A DNA stretch of 64,000 bases from an uncultured Candidatus Saccharibacteria bacterium. GTDB taxonomy: Bacteria > Patescibacteriota > Saccharimonadia > CAILAD01 > GCA-016700035. The stretch covers positions 17,754 through 81,753 of the forward strand of contig CAZOVH010000001.1 in the NCBI GenBank assembly GCA_964583675.1, in the 5' to 3' direction. Position numbers and translations under genes: made by a program. Shown here piece after piece: positions 49,382 through 60,216 of the stretch; within the stretch, counting starts at the first letter, position 1; every line of letters starts with the position of its first letter. The notes under the pieces are model-generated. The model did no database searches, had not been told where the DNA came from, and saw only the letters and a program-made list of their open reading frames with translations.

Positions 49382-50302
49382 CTACTCTTTACGAGCTAAT
49401 TGCATCACCAGGTCAATCATGGCCTGGTGAGCTTTTTTTTCACCTGTTTTCATAGTAATATCTGCATCGAGTAGCGCAGTATACGCCTGCTCTAAATCAC
49501 TTCGCGTTAGGTTGCGCACAATTGGCTGAGCCTTCTGGAGAGAATACGGTTTTACCCCACAAGCCTTCAGTTCCGCCTCACCAGCCCCCTCCATCGCAAG
49601 TGTCAGGACGCGATAGTGCCACATAAGCGTACCTATCAGCTGCTGATCATTAGCGCCACTTGCCGCGAGCTGTCGGTAGCTTTCCACTGCCCCGCTCACA
49701 TTGTACCTACTAATCATCTCGATCAAATCAAACACGCTATCATGCACATTTTTTGAGGTATGCTCATCGATGATGGCGCGAGTAATAGTAGAATCCGCCA
49801 GAGCGAGCTTTGTGATTTCACTCGCCAAAAGCCATTCGTCTTCGCCCACTCGCTGCAACAAATACTGCGCATCTTGGACCGAAAGCGCCGCACCGTGTCG
49901 CTTTGCCTCCGCCCGCATCCAAGCGACACGCTCCTGGGGGGTGTGGGCTGCAAATAGCTTGGTATGCTTCATGCCAGACAAAAACTTATATAGCTTGGTG
50001 CGACGGTCGAGCCCTCGACCATCAATAACTGCCACAGTCGTATCTGGCACCTTATTAACTAGCATCTCGAGTTTTTCCATTTCATCCTTAAGACTTGCAA
50101 TACCAGTAATAATGACGAGGCGATGCGAGAAGAACATCGGTAATGCTAGGAGTGACTGCTCTAGGGCTGCAAAACCCTCCAAGCTAACATCTACGCTCAC
50201 TTCATCGAGCGCATCCTGATACTTACTCGCATACTGCTGCCGCAGCTTAGAAATATGCTGCGCAATCGCAAAATCATTATCGCCACCAAGAAAAAGTATC
50301 AC
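49382..50302 (-). CDS. holA: DNA polymerase III delta subunit
   Basis: 306 aa. Helical clamp-loader delta-like protein located next to rpsT as in many bacteria. Assigned by size, position and a weak motif match. Confidence 0.5.
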   Translation of the reverse strand: MILFLGGDNDFAIAQHISKLRQQYASKYQDALDEVSVDVSLEGFAALEQSLLALPMFFSHRLVIITGIASLKDEMEKLEMLVNKVPDTTVAVIDGRGLDRRTKLYKFLSGMKHTKLFAAHTPQERVAWMRAEAKRHGAALSVQDAQYLLQRVGEDEWLLASEITKLALADSTITRAIIDEHTSKNVHDSVFDLIEMISRYNVSGAVESYRQLAASGANDQQLIGTLMWHYRVLTLAMEGAGEAELKACGVKPYSLQKAQPIVRNLTRSDLEQAYTALLDADITMKTGEKKAHQAMIDLVMQLARKE

Positions 50303-51180
50303 GTGCGCACCTTTGGCTGACAGTGCGCGCAGACATGGGTTCCGCGACTGGCTACACGGATTTTCTCAACAGCTCGACCACAGTTTGGACATGCCTGTCC
50401 CTCGCGCCGAAACACCCTGGCAAACGTCAGGTAGCTACCCTTACGACCCTCTGCATCAACATAATTCTTATCACTCGAGCCACCTAAAGAAATCGAGAGC
50501 TGCATCACCTCCCTGAGTGCCACATACAGTCGCTTGAGCTTTACGGAACTCACCTTCTCTACCAGGGTGGATGGGTGGATGCGAGCTGCAAACAGCCCCT
50601 CGTCGGCATAAATATTCCCCACACCCGCCAGCACCGTCTGATCTAAAATTGCCGCCTTTATACTGGTACGCGGTCGCCTCTGCACGCGCGCTCTAAACTC
50701 TTCAAACGTAAAATCTTCGGCCAATGCCTCGGGGCCCAACTTAACCATGAACGGCTCATCTGATACTTGCTCAGTGCGCATAAACTTCACCCAACCAAAC
50801 TTCCGCTGATCGTTAAAATACAAATGCGAGCCATCCACAAAATCAAAAATTACACGCGTAGATCTATCTGGTAAATTGCCAATCAAACTATCGTTAGGAT
50901 GCCCAGCACCAAAGCTCTCACCTTTTGGCTCTCGGAATACGAGCTGGCCAGTCATCTTTAAATGAATAAGTAGGCTAAACCCGGTATTAAGCTCAATAAT
51001 AAGGGCTTTCCCACGCCGATTCACCCGCTCGACAGTAGCACCAATAAGATGCGACGTAACGTCTTCAGCGTTATTAGGAAAACTTTTTGGCGTATCATGC
51101 TCCACGCGAGCAATAACACGACCAGGCAATAGTCGCGCTAATCCCAACCTCACGGTCTCTACTTCTGGCAATTCAGGCAT
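50299..51180 (-). CDS. mutM: Formamidopyrimidine-DNA glycosylase
   Basis: 293 aa. N-terminus MPELPEVETVRLGL carries the catalytic P2/E3. H2TH region and a C-terminal zinc finger (CPNCG...CAHC). Confidence 0.9.
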   Translation of the reverse strand: MPELPEVETVRLGLARLLPGRVIARVEHDTPKSFPNNAEDVTSHLIGATVERVNRRGKALIIELNTGFSLLIHLKMTGQLVFREPKGESFGAGHPNDSLIGNLPDRSTRVIFDFVDGSHLYFNDQRKFGWVKFMRTEQVSDEPFMVKLGPEALAEDFTFEEFRARVQRRPRTSIKAAILDQTVLAGVGNIYADEGLFAARIHPSTLVEKVSSVKLKRLYVALREVMQLSISLGGSSDKNYVDAEGRKGSYLTFARVFRREGQACPNCGRAVEKIRVASRGTHVCAHCQPKVRT

Positions 51181-51222
51181 ATATACAGTATACAGTTAGC
51201 GCGAAGATGAATCTGCTAACGC

Positions 51223-51672
51223 TTAAGTGAGGCCAATATGACGACGCAACTCAGCAACATCGCCCTGATACCACACTGCATCGATTCCGGCATCTGTAGC
51301 CCCCATGCAATTCGCCTGACGGTCGTCAACAAAAACTATCTCAGACGCAGGCACCTTTAGCACACTCAATACATGCGCAAAGTACTCTGGCTGCGGCTTA
51401 GCGGCCCCCATATCAGGAGTAATGAGCTGCGCAATCGTCGGAGCATCATCAATTTTCTTCCATACCGAATCAATCCAAGCCTTACCACTGTTAGATGCCA
51501 AAGCCAACGAAACCCCTTTTCTCTGTAAATCCTGCATCAGTCCTATCATTTCACTATCCACCGCGTGCTTGGTATGCACACCCACATAACTTAAACCAGA
51601 TCGTACGCCCAACGGCACAATTACTCCAAGAAAATCGAACACTACCCATCGAGGCAATTTAGTCGAGCTCAC
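51223..51672 (-). CDS. HAD-superfamily hydrolase-like protein (short)
   Basis: 149 aa. N-terminal FDFLGVIVP resembles HAD motif I (DxD variant). C-terminal IVFVDDRQANCMGATDAGIDAV resembles motifs III/IV. It overlaps the polA stop by 14 nt. Confidence 0.5.
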   Translation of the reverse strand: MSSTKLPRWVVFDFLGVIVPLGVRSGLSYVGVHTKHAVDSEMIGLMQDLQRKGVSLALASNSGKAWIDSVWKKIDDAPTIAQLITPDMGAAKPQPEYFAHVLSVLKVPASEIVFVDDRQANCMGATDAGIDAVWYQGDVAELRRHIGLT

Positions 51673-54421
51673 CCCAATCCTTTCCTGTTTCTACTTCCAC
51701 GACAATCGGCACCTCGAGCTTAATCACATCCTCCATGGTGTCTTTCATAATTTTCGTAACTTCATCCTGAAGCTTAGTGTCGCATTCCACAATGAGTTCG
51801 TCATGAATCTGCAAAATCATATGCGCTGTGCCATTTAGTTTAGCCAATTTTGGTGCCAACTGAATCATTGCTAATTTCATCATATCTGCCGCTGTACCCT
51901 GGAGAGGCATGTTCACTGCTTGTCTCTCAGCAGCAGAGCGAACAATAAAATTACTCGATTTTACATCTGGACACGGGCGCCTTCGGCCATACAAAGTTTC
52001 AGTATAACCTTCGTCATGAGCCTGTTTTTTAATGCGGCGAATGTAATCGGCAACGCCACGACGCAACTCAAAGTAGCGATCAATAAAGGCCTTACTATCT
52101 TCATAGCTCATGCCGGTCGCAACCGATAGTCCATGCGTATTCATGCCGTATAGCACACCAAAATTGATAGTTTTAGCTCCGTAGCGCTGCTCTTTAGTAA
52201 CTTCTTCTGGCTTTACGCCGTGCATTTGAGCAGCTGTGAGTGTATGAATATCGATACCAGACTTAAAATCTTCAATCATCTGAGTATCTCCTGCCATCGC
52301 AGCAGCTAGACGTAGCTCAATCTGACTGTAATCGGCCGCTACGAGGACCTTGCCTTTCTTAGCAACAAAAGCCCTGCGGATTTCGCGCCCTAGAGGTGTA
52401 CGTACTGGAATATTCTGTAGATTCGGATCACTACTAGAAAGCCGGCCAGTCTGGGCGATGGTCTGGTTATAGCTAGTGTGGATTCGACCATCCGACTCGT
52501 TTACGAGTAGTGGCAAGGCATCAACATACGTGCTCTTCAGCTTGCTTATTTCGCGATATTCAAAAATTAGCTCAATAATCGGGTGTCTTCCGCGCAGCTT
52601 TTCTAGTTCTGTGGCTGCCGTAGAAATACCGGTCTTACCCTTTTTCAAATCGCTGTGCTCAATTTTGAGCTTATCAAATAATACCGACTTAAGTTGCTGG
52701 GTCGAGGCAATATTAAACTCACCTTCAGCATAATCCCAAATCTGCTTCTGCACTTCAGCAAGACGCTTAGCGAGACGAGCCGAAAATTCAGCAAGGAAAT
52801 CTGTGTCGAGAGTGACCCCTTGCAATTCCACGTCTCCCAAAACCGGTATCAAAGGCCACTCCAAAGTTTCGCCCACTTCAGTTAACTTACCAATCTCACC
52901 TAAACGCGGCTGCAGAACTTCATAGAGACGCCAAGTTATATCGGCATCCTCCGCGGCATACTGACCAGCTTGAGCAATCTCTGTCTCCGCAAAAGTTTTC
53001 TGCCCCTTACCTTTCTGACCTATCAGTTCAGTTATTTCAATCATCTCAATGCCAAGCTCAGACAGAGCCAAGCCAGAAAGTGTCTGCGCCCGTCCAACAG
53101 GGCTTATCAGAAATGCAGCAATCATGGTGTCAAAAACAATCCCCTGCATGTGCACACCAGCCTGACGCATTATCTGGTAATCATACTTTATATTGTGGCC
53201 AACCTTTCCAATTTCTGGACTTTGCAATATTGGGCCGAGTACATCTAAAACCGTTGCAACGCTCAGCTGATCCCCGGCTGTATGCCCAACTGGAACGTAA
53301 TATGCTTCGCCAGCCTTCCAAGCAAAACTTAAGCCTACTAGCCCTGCCGTCATAACGTTAAGCCCTGTGGTTTCCGTATCAAAGGCAATAACCCTTTGTG
53401 TACTCAATGCTTTTGCAAGCTTTTCGAGCGCATCACGATCTTGTACAATCTCATACTTTGCCGTCTTCAAATGATCTCGAAGCAGTTTTTGCGGTTGCTT
53501 CTCCACTCCATAGATTTCATCAAAAAGATTTGGCTGCTGCGCGTCTTCTTGCTGATTCTTGGGTAATTTCGCAATCAGCGATCTAAATTCCAACTCCGTA
53601 AAGAGCTGTACGACTTTATCGCGATTAAAGCGATGCAGTCTAGCTTTCTCCAGATCGAACTCAAACTCAACATCGCACACAATCCGCGAAAGCTCCAAAG
53701 AATGATAGGCGTCTTCCTTACCCTCCTCAAGTTTTTTACGAACAGCTGGTTTGAGTTCATCCAAATTTGCATATATACCGTCCAGCGTTTTGTATTTCTG
53801 CACTAAATCGGTGGCAGTTTTTTCACCAATCCCCTTCACCCCAGGAATGTTATCGCTCGAATCGCCTTTTAGGGCCTTAGTAACCAAAAATTCTTCGGGA
53901 TTAACCCCATAGCGCCCCTCAACTGCCTTCACATCATATAAGACCGTATCGGAAAAACCTCGGCGCAGCGTATACACCCGCACATGCTCATCAACAAGCT
54001 GCAGCTCATCCATGTCACCAGTCACAATTACCACATCATGTGTTTTCTTATGTTGTGCGGCCAACGTACCAATCACGTCATCGGCTTCGTACCCCTCAAC
54101 ACCAATAACCGGAATTTCAAAAACATCCAACAAGTTTCGAGTTACATCAAACTGCGGCACAAGATCAGCATCCGTCTCCTTACGCGTACCCTTGTACTCC
54201 TTATACATATCATGCCGAAACGTCTTGCCAGGCATATCCCACGCCACAACCACATATTCTGGCTGCAGCTCCTTAATCGCATTCAAGAGCATCATCGTAA
54301 AACCATACACCCCATTGGTTGGCGTACCGTCCTTGGTGGAAAGATACGGAATAGCGTGAAAACCTCGATGCAAAAGCGCGTGCCCATCGAAAATTGCTAT
54401 ACGTGATCTGGTATTTACCAT
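51659..54421 (-). CDS. polA: DNA polymerase I
   Basis: 5'-3' exonuclease, 3'-5' exonuclease and polymerase domains are present (RIHTSYNQTIAQTGRLSSSDPNLQNIP; YSQIELRLAA; motif C ILQIHDELIV). The ORF-track start at 54484 adds about 21 aa. The ATG at 54421 (MVNTRSRIAIFDGHALLHR) fits the conserved N-terminus better. Confidence 0.9.
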   Translation of the reverse strand: MVNTRSRIAIFDGHALLHRGFHAIPYLSTKDGTPTNGVYGFTMMLLNAIKELQPEYVVVAWDMPGKTFRHDMYKEYKGTRKETDADLVPQFDVTRNLLDVFEIPVIGVEGYEADDVIGTLAAQHKKTHDVVIVTGDMDELQLVDEHVRVYTLRRGFSDTVLYDVKAVEGRYGVNPEEFLVTKALKGDSSDNIPGVKGIGEKTATDLVQKYKTLDGIYANLDELKPAVRKKLEEGKEDAYHSLELSRIVCDVEFEFDLEKARLHRFNRDKVVQLFTELEFRSLIAKLPKNQQEDAQQPNLFDEIYGVEKQPQKLLRDHLKTAKYEIVQDRDALEKLAKALSTQRVIAFDTETTGLNVMTAGLVGLSFAWKAGEAYYVPVGHTAGDQLSVATVLDVLGPILQSPEIGKVGHNIKYDYQIMRQAGVHMQGIVFDTMIAAFLISPVGRAQTLSGLALSELGIEMIEITELIGQKGKGQKTFAETEIAQAGQYAAEDADITWRLYEVLQPRLGEIGKLTEVGETLEWPLIPVLGDVELQGVTLDTDFLAEFSARLAKRLAEVQKQIWDYAEGEFNIASTQQLKSVLFDKLKIEHSDLKKGKTGISTAATELEKLRGRHPIIELIFEYREISKLKSTYVDALPLLVNESDGRIHTSYNQTIAQTGRLSSSDPNLQNIPVRTPLGREIRRAFVAKKGKVLVAADYSQIELRLAAAMAGDTQMIEDFKSGIDIHTLTAAQMHGVKPEEVTKEQRYGAKTINFGVLYGMNTHGLSVATGMSYEDSKAFIDRYFELRRGVADYIRRIKKQAHDEGYTETLYGRRRPCPDVKSSNFIVRSAAERQAVNMPLQGTAADMMKLAMIQLAPKLAKLNGTAHMILQIHDELIVECDTKLQDEVTKIMKDTMEDVIKLEVPIVVEVETGKDWGELD

Positions 54422-54471
54422 ACTCCAGATTATACCTGGTTTTTTGTAAGTTCGGGTGCAATAATAACCGT

Positions 54472-54747
54472 ATGAGTGAATCAAGAAGTCCCCACGAAGA
54501 TATTGTAGGAAGCTCTGAGGTTGATCCAGACGACATCCGTCGCTTTCTCAAGGCGACAAAAAAGGATGAAGTAGTTCATGCGCCAGGTCCAGCAGCCAAT
54601 CTTGCGGAAACTGCGGAGGAGCGCGCGGAGGCAACAACTGAGCCAGAGATATCTGAGGACTATTACCAGCACCAACTTGAACAATTGCGCAAATTAAGGC
54701 GCGAACGAGAAGATGGCGAACCTCCTGCCGATGACACTCAACAATAA
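54472..54747 (+). CDS. Small acidic hypothetical protein
   Basis: About 91 aa starting from the internal ATG at 54472 (MSESRSPHED...). Strongly acidic with coiled-coil-like character (EDYYQHQLEQLRKLRREREDGEPPADD). Divergent from polA. Coding status is uncertain. Confidence 0.3.
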   Translation: MSESRSPHEDIVGSSEVDPDDIRRFLKATKKDEVVHAPGPAANLAETAEERAEATTEPEISEDYYQHQLEQLRKLRREREDGEPPADDTQQ

Positions 54748-54793
54748 AACTGCTCGGCTATTTAACCGAGCAGTTTTACATCTCTACTTTTGA

Positions 54794-55915
54794 CTACTGT
54801 ATGTAATCTTTGAGTTTTTTCGAGTCTTTGTTCTTACGCAGCTTAGCTAGAGCCTTTGCTTCAATCTGACGGATACGCTCGCGCGTCACGCCAAACTCCT
54901 GCCCTACTTCTTCGAGTGTGTGCGATCGACCATCCTCAAGTCCAAATCGCATGCGCAAAATCTTCTGTTCGCGAGGCGTAAGTAGGGCGAGTGTCTCATC
55001 GATGTGCTCCTTTAAAAGCTCGTAGGTTGCAGCATCCACAGGACTCACCGAATCATGATCTTCGATGAATTCGGAGAGCGTTGAGTCATCATCTTCTCCA
55101 ACCGTAGCATCCAGCGAGGTAGTGTCTTGGCTAATTTTTTGGATATGCAGAACTTTTTCAACATCCATTTCCATTTCTTTAGCCAACTCTTCAGGGCTTG
55201 GCTCACGACCGAGTTCTGAAGTGAGGCGGCGCTGTGTACGGATGAGCTTGTTAATGGTCTCAACCATGTGCACCGGAATGCGAATCACACGAGCTTGGTC
55301 GGCAATTGCGCGAGTAATTGCTTGTCGAATCCACCAGGTTGCATAGGTAGAAAACTTGAACCCCTTAGTGTAATCAAATTTTTCAACAGCGCGCAGAAGC
55401 CCCGTGTTTCCTTCTTGAATCAGATCCAAAAGATCAAGACCACGACCGATATATTTCTTAGCAATCGAGACCACCAAGCGCATGTTGGCTTCAGCAAGCG
55501 CATCTTTAGCCGACTTATCACCCTGCTCAATACGCTTAGCTAGAGCTACTTCTTCTTCACCGGTGATAAGCGGGATTTTTCCGATTTCACGCAAATACAG
55601 ACGCACCGAGTCATCAGCGATATCTTTGATATATTCTTCGCTCACAGCTTTTTCGATATCTTCTTCTGGCTCTGTCTGCCAAATCAGCTTGTCTTTTTGA
55701 TCAACAACCTCGACACCCTGATCGATTAGTGCCGAATAGAGGTCATCTAAGAGCTCTACCTGTTCTTCGGCTGAAGGCACAGCTGCCATAATTTCTTGCT
55801 GAGTCACAAATCCTTGTTCACGCCCCTTAGAGAGTAGACGCTCTACAATTGGCTTAAGTTCTTCTGGGATTTGAGGTGGTGGGGTTGGTTCAGGATTCTT
55901 TGCCTTACGCGGCAT
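54794..55915 (-). CDS. rpoD: RNA polymerase sigma factor RpoD (sigma-70)
   Basis: 373 aa. Region 2 ([41 protein letters not shown]) and region 4 HTH ([24 protein letters not shown]). Downstream of dnaG. Confidence 0.9.
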   Translation of the reverse strand: MPRKAKNPEPTPPPQIPEELKPIVERLLSKGREQGFVTQQEIMAAVPSAEEQVELLDDLYSALIDQGVEVVDQKDKLIWQTEPEEDIEKAVSEEYIKDIADDSVRLYLREIGKIPLITGEEEVALAKRIEQGDKSAKDALAEANMRLVVSIAKKYIGRGLDLLDLIQEGNTGLLRAVEKFDYTKGFKFSTYATWWIRQAITRAIADQARVIRIPVHMVETINKLIRTQRRLTSELGREPSPEELAKEMEMDVEKVLHIQKISQDTTSLDATVGEDDDSTLSEFIEDHDSVSPVDAATYELLKEHIDETLALLTPREQKILRMRFGLEDGRSHTLEEVGQEFGVTRERIRQIEAKALAKLRKNKDSKKLKDYIQ

Positions 55916-55963
55916 GGAACACTCCTTCTAAAATTACATAAGTATAGCTCGCCAAGTATGAAG

Positions 55964-57733
55964 CTAGAGTTCGCTTATCTGCTTCATGATGGCCTGATAA
56001 CGATGAAGTTTTTGTGCGGCCAGGTTCATATCGCCCTGAGCTTCCGCTTGTGCGATTTCGCGCTGTAGCTGGCGCTTTTTTTGCTCATATGTGTGTTTGA
56101 GTAAATTGTGGACTTGGGTAAAGGCTTCGAGCCCTCTCTCGTGCTCGGTCATTTCCGAGTATTCATGGTTACCCCGTAACCCCAGCATCTTAACACGCTC
56201 CTCCAGGTTTGGCAAGGCTTTAATAATGCCTGGCTCGCCCACTCGCGGGTGCTTTGCAAGATATTGAAATAGGTCGATGTTTTCGCTCGATAATTCATCA
56301 AATTCTAAGTCTTCAAGAGCCATGCGAGTAGCGGGGTAAGCAATCAATAATTCTAGGAACATTTCTTCGAGACGAGCCCCCCTTGTGAGCTTTTTGGTAG
56401 CAGTTTTTGCAGCCGGTTTTTGTGCTTCTTGTTCAACTTTTGTATTCACAGTTTTCGTGACAACTTTTTGCTCAACTAAGCGCCGCATGTCCGGTTCATC
56501 AAACCAAACAAGCTGACTCAAGCGCTTAATGTAATTCTGTAATTCAATACGATCCTTAATCTTCCTCACAACCGGGACCAAGAACCTAGCGATTGCCTTC
56601 CTGGAAGTCCCAGTATCACCGCCGAACGTACGAATGGCATAGCTAAAAAGATAATCAATTGCATACTCAGAATTATCTACAAACTTCTGCCATGCTTGTG
56701 GATCAGCCTGCAATAGCTCGTCTGGATCCTTCGCACCCTCGATAGAAATTACTTCAATACGGACATTAGCTTCCTGGCCAAGCTCAATGGCTCTGAGTGT
56801 CGCCTGTAATCCTGCGGCGTCCTGATCGAAACAGAGCTTCACTTTAGACGCCAATCGACCGAGTGCCTTAATCTGATCAATTGTAAAAGCTGTGCCACTG
56901 GCCGCCACAACGTTTTTCTGGCCATGTTGCCAGAGCGTGACCACGTCAACATTGCCTTCCACAACAATTACTGCGTCTTGTTCACGAATTGCATCTTTGG
57001 CTTGAGACAATCCATACAGCACCTTAGATTTATGGTAAATTGGCGTATCGGAAGTATTCACATACTTAGCGGTTTTCTGGTCACTCGCCAGAATTCTGCC
57101 AGAAAAACCGACTGGCCTTCCCTGCGCATCCATCACCGGGAACATCACACGATCACGAAATACATCGTAGCCACCACGCGACTTAGTGCTCTTAGCTGCT
57201 AGGCCAGCTGTAATTAACTCATCTAGGCTAAATCCTTGCTTAATTGCGTAATCCACAAACCCAGTCCAACCATCAGGTGCGTAACCCAGACGAAAAGCTT
57301 TTATAGTCTCAGCGGTCACGCCACGAGTTTCACGTAAGTACGCCAGCGCTGCTTTATTACGAGAAAGCTGATAATGATAAAACTTTGTTGCTAGCTCAAC
57401 AGCAGCAAATATGCGCCCTTTTTTCTCACCGCTCATACCGCCACCACCACTACGAGGCTTGAGCTCTACACCCGCCCGAGCTGCCAGCATCTCAAGCGCC
57501 TCGGGAAAACTTAATCCCTCAGCGCGCATGACAAAACTAATAATATCGCCACCCTCGTTAGCTCCGAAATCATGCCAAATCTGCTTATCTGGGCTCACAA
57601 AAAAACTTGGCGTCTTCTCTGATCTAAATGGTGAAATGCCACGATAATCTTTGCCGGCTTTCTTAAGCTCAACATAACCAGCAATCACTTCGACGATATC
57701 GAGCCGCTGCTTAACTTCCTCAACATCATTCAT
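55964..57733 (-). CDS. dnaG: DNA primase DnaG
   Basis: 589 aa. CHC2 zinc-finger region (GISPFRSEKTPSFFVSPDKQIWHDFGANEGGDIISFV) and a TOPRIM domain (AVIVVEGNVDVVTL). Confidence 0.9.
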   Translation of the reverse strand: MNDVEEVKQRLDIVEVIAGYVELKKAGKDYRGISPFRSEKTPSFFVSPDKQIWHDFGANEGGDIISFVMRAEGLSFPEALEMLAARAGVELKPRSGGGGMSGEKKGRIFAAVELATKFYHYQLSRNKAALAYLRETRGVTAETIKAFRLGYAPDGWTGFVDYAIKQGFSLDELITAGLAAKSTKSRGGYDVFRDRVMFPVMDAQGRPVGFSGRILASDQKTAKYVNTSDTPIYHKSKVLYGLSQAKDAIREQDAVIVVEGNVDVVTLWQHGQKNVVAASGTAFTIDQIKALGRLASKVKLCFDQDAAGLQATLRAIELGQEANVRIEVISIEGAKDPDELLQADPQAWQKFVDNSEYAIDYLFSYAIRTFGGDTGTSRKAIARFLVPVVRKIKDRIELQNYIKRLSQLVWFDEPDMRRLVEQKVVTKTVNTKVEQEAQKPAAKTATKKLTRGARLEEMFLELLIAYPATRMALEDLEFDELSSENIDLFQYLAKHPRVGEPGIIKALPNLEERVKMLGLRGNHEYSEMTEHERGLEAFTQVHNLLKHTYEQKKRQLQREIAQAEAQGDMNLAAQKLHRYQAIMKQISEL

Positions 57734-57789
57734 ATGCTTATTATATGCCCTAAAGATAAAAAACCGAAGAGCACCCGAATGCGGCTATG

Positions 57790-58356
57790 CTAATCAATCA
57801 ACTCCAGTATCTCTGGAAATGTAGCCATGCCACGACTGCCTAAAAAATGCCCCTTATCGGCGAACATAATGAGCTTGGCGTCCAGCTTATGAGCCAGGCG
57901 TCGCGTACGGTCGGGAGTAACAATTGCGTCATCAGAAGATCCAATACATATAAATTCGGTGCTAAGAGTACGGATACTCTGCCAATTTGGCTCGGGTTCA
58001 AAAAACTTACTCGCCGAATCATTAGGCGCATCATAAAAACCACTCACCAGCAACACTCTCCTGATAGATTCTTTAACTTGACCGCCCTCTAGCAAGCGAA
58101 GAGCTAAGAAGCATCCGAGCGAGTGAGCTATGATAATATCGTTGCCACCTAACCCCTCGGCCGCGCTTGCAACTTGCTCACTCCAGCGCTGCATAAGTGG
58201 CCTCACATCAGTCTTCATATGTGGAGCACGCACTTCGTAACCTTCGGCTTGGAGGTGGTTGGCCAACCATCCAAGCCACCCTTCACTTGAGTCGTCATTC
58301 CAGCCATGAATTATGAGTGCTCTGGCGGGTTTTGTAGAGACAGTTTCTATCGCCAC
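57790..58356 (-). CDS. Small alpha/beta-fold serine hydrolase (YdeN/RBBP9-like)
   Basis: 188 aa. Nucleophile elbow IIIAHSLGCF (GxSxG-like) with downstream Asp/His candidates (SSDDAIV; KGHF). Confidence 0.5.
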   Translation of the reverse strand: MAIETVSTKPARALIIHGWNDDSSEGWLGWLANHLQAEGYEVRAPHMKTDVRPLMQRWSEQVASAAEGLGGNDIIIAHSLGCFLALRLLEGGQVKESIRRVLLVSGFYDAPNDSASKFFEPEPNWQSIRTLSTEFICIGSSDDAIVTPDRTRRLAHKLDAKLIMFADKGHFLGSRGMATFPEILELID

Positions 58357-59000
58357 TTCCAGGTTTTTACTACGCCAGCCATAACCTCAGACTGTTCCTT
58401 GGTGTCGTTCGGCGTAGAAATTAGAATACCCTCAATTGCTGCACCGGCACTATCAAGTTGATCGGTAGAATTTGTTTTTGCAAAAACCAGAATTTTCTTC
58501 TGATTCTGTTGAGTCGTCGTTAAACGAACTGCGTCTTGTCCATCAAGCTTGAAAGCTTCTTCAGAATCTATGGTCGTAGCACTCGCCTGCAACTGCTTCT
58601 TATACACCTCTAGGCTCTTGTCAAAACTTACCGCTCCACCTTCGTCAGGATACATCTTGGTTGGTGCAGCTATCAAAAGGTTTGCCTCACCGCTGCCGTA
58701 GCCTAAGTCTACTGCACAATATTGATTAACTCCCAAACTCACACTACGGGGCACTTCAAATGCGTAGCAATCCGTCTCAATTTTGCCAGTACCGCGCTGC
58801 TCGTTACCTTGCAGCTCACCTTGACCCACAACGTCTGCAGCTTCAGTATTTGTCCCTGCTTTTTTCTTATCGTCTGCAGTTTTCTTCGTAATTAACGTGA
58901 AAGTAATCAACCCGACCAAAGCTACAGCAGCAATGCCCAGGCCCAATGCCAAAAGGCGATATTTATGCTCATGATTTTGTGGCTGCATTATATTACTCAT
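58347..59000 (-). CDS. Membrane-anchored protein, member A of a tandem triplicated family (conserved Cys pair, C-terminal W-x-W)
   Basis: 217 aa. TM (LLALGLGIAAVALVGLITFTLI), then ETDCYAFEVP...QYCAVDLGYG, ending VKTWKWR. Paralogous to 59015..60160 and 60217..60822. Confidence 0.55.
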   Translation of the reverse strand: MSNIMQPQNHEHKYRLLALGLGIAAVALVGLITFTLITKKTADDKKKAGTNTEAADVVGQGELQGNEQRGTGKIETDCYAFEVPRSVSLGVNQYCAVDLGYGSGEANLLIAAPTKMYPDEGGAVSFDKSLEVYKKQLQASATTIDSEEAFKLDGQDAVRLTTTQQNQKKILVFAKTNSTDQLDSAGAAIEGILISTPNDTKEQSEVMAGVVKTWKWR

Positions 59001-59014
59001 GCTTCACTCCTAGC

Positions 59015-60160
59015 TCATTTCCATGACCAAGTAGAAAGAAACTGGTCAAACCCCTTACGGCTATAATCATCATTATACGCACCAGTCACAATAAAGGCGA
59101 CGAAATTCTTTTCACCAAACGTTCTATCACCTTCCGGCAGGATGATAAACACGTACGCAACATCAACACCAGAGGCAGCGTCTTTCTTGCCAACCACTTT
59201 TACAGCATCTAGTCCGCCGACCTTTATATCCTCCCGTGTGGTGACTAAATCTTTAGGAATAATGTCAGCTATCAAAGCTTCTAGATACTTTTGAGTATCT
59301 ATAGAATTCGAGCTATTTTGCGTATTTGTACCCGCATTTTCTTCTGTAGCTATATCGAATTGACCTAGTGCAGAAACGAATATTGAAGAAATTTTTTGTT
59401 CACCATATGTAATTGATAATGCACAGTCCTTATTCTGCTGTGTGTCCACCGGCGTGAGCGATTGCGCAACATAGCAGTCGGTAGCGACCTTCTCACTAAA
59501 GGGCTGCGTTGGCTTTTCTGTTTTATCACGCACCGAGCCAGCACTCGTAGAAGGAGTAGCTGTGGGGGTCGAATCTTTTCGTGAAGCAATGTATGCATAT
59601 CCCCCAATTGCTGCCAGCAAAACAACAACAAGGCCAACTGCTAAACCTACAATGAGACCAATTGGCTTGCGCTTTGCAGTGTTGGCAACAGGTAATGTCG
59701 AAGATGCAGCTGGAGCCGGTGCAATATTTTCTGGGGCACCACCAAATGGCATAGCCTGAGATGTCGACTGCAGACCGCCGGCATGCATGTCGTCACTGCG
59801 TGGCACAGGAGCAAGTCGAACAGGTGCGGGCTTAATCGGCGAGTTACTCAATTCACTCACAGTTGGCTGCGCGGTAGCCACTGGCAATACCGGCTCACTT
59901 TGTGGCTCGGCGAGAGGACTAGGTGTTGGTGCTAGTGGCGCTGGCTGATTAGTTACGTCAGGTGCGGGCATAGGGTTTGGCAGTGTAGCTTCGGGCGCCG
60001 TCGGAGGGATTGGTGGCAGCTGAGAGGTGCCCCCCTCATAGCCCTGAGCTAACGGATTACGAAACACGGGTACGTCATCAGCAGATGGTTGAAGGGGCGT
60101 TGAACCTGGTGGCTCTGGCGCGGGCATTGGCTGGGGTGCGTTGGGGTCGTTTGGATTCAT
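59015..60160 (-). CDS. Membrane-anchored protein, member B of the triplicated family, with a long Pro/Ala-rich cytoplasmic N-terminus
   Basis: 381 aa. About 160 aa of P/A/S-rich N-terminus, a TM (IGLIVGLAVGLVVVLLAAIGGYAYI), then VATDCYVAQSL...NKDCALSITYG, ending LSTWSWK. Confidence 0.55.
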   Translation of the reverse strand: MNPNDPNAPQPMPAPEPPGSTPLQPSADDVPVFRNPLAQGYEGGTSQLPPIPPTAPEATLPNPMPAPDVTNQPAPLAPTPSPLAEPQSEPVLPVATAQPTVSELSNSPIKPAPVRLAPVPRSDDMHAGGLQSTSQAMPFGGAPENIAPAPAASSTLPVANTAKRKPIGLIVGLAVGLVVVLLAAIGGYAYIASRKDSTPTATPSTSAGSVRDKTEKPTQPFSEKVATDCYVAQSLTPVDTQQNKDCALSITYGEQKISSIFVSALGQFDIATEENAGTNTQNSSNSIDTQKYLEALIADIIPKDLVTTREDIKVGGLDAVKVVGKKDAASGVDVAYVFIILPEGDRTFGEKNFVAFIVTGAYNDDYSRKGFDQFLSTWSWK

Positions 60161-60216
60161 AAAAATAGCTACTTGTTATCTTAAAGTATAGCATGAGCTC
60201 TTTCGTGCAAGAACAG

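Noticed and set aside
54422-54484. Extended polA start (MIHSYGYYCTRTYKKPGIIWS…) from the ORF track
   Set aside because: The conserved 5'-nuclease N-terminus begins at the internal Met (MVNTRSRIAIFDGHALL). The extension has no recognisable features and would overlap the divergent promoter region. The ATG at 54421 is preferred.
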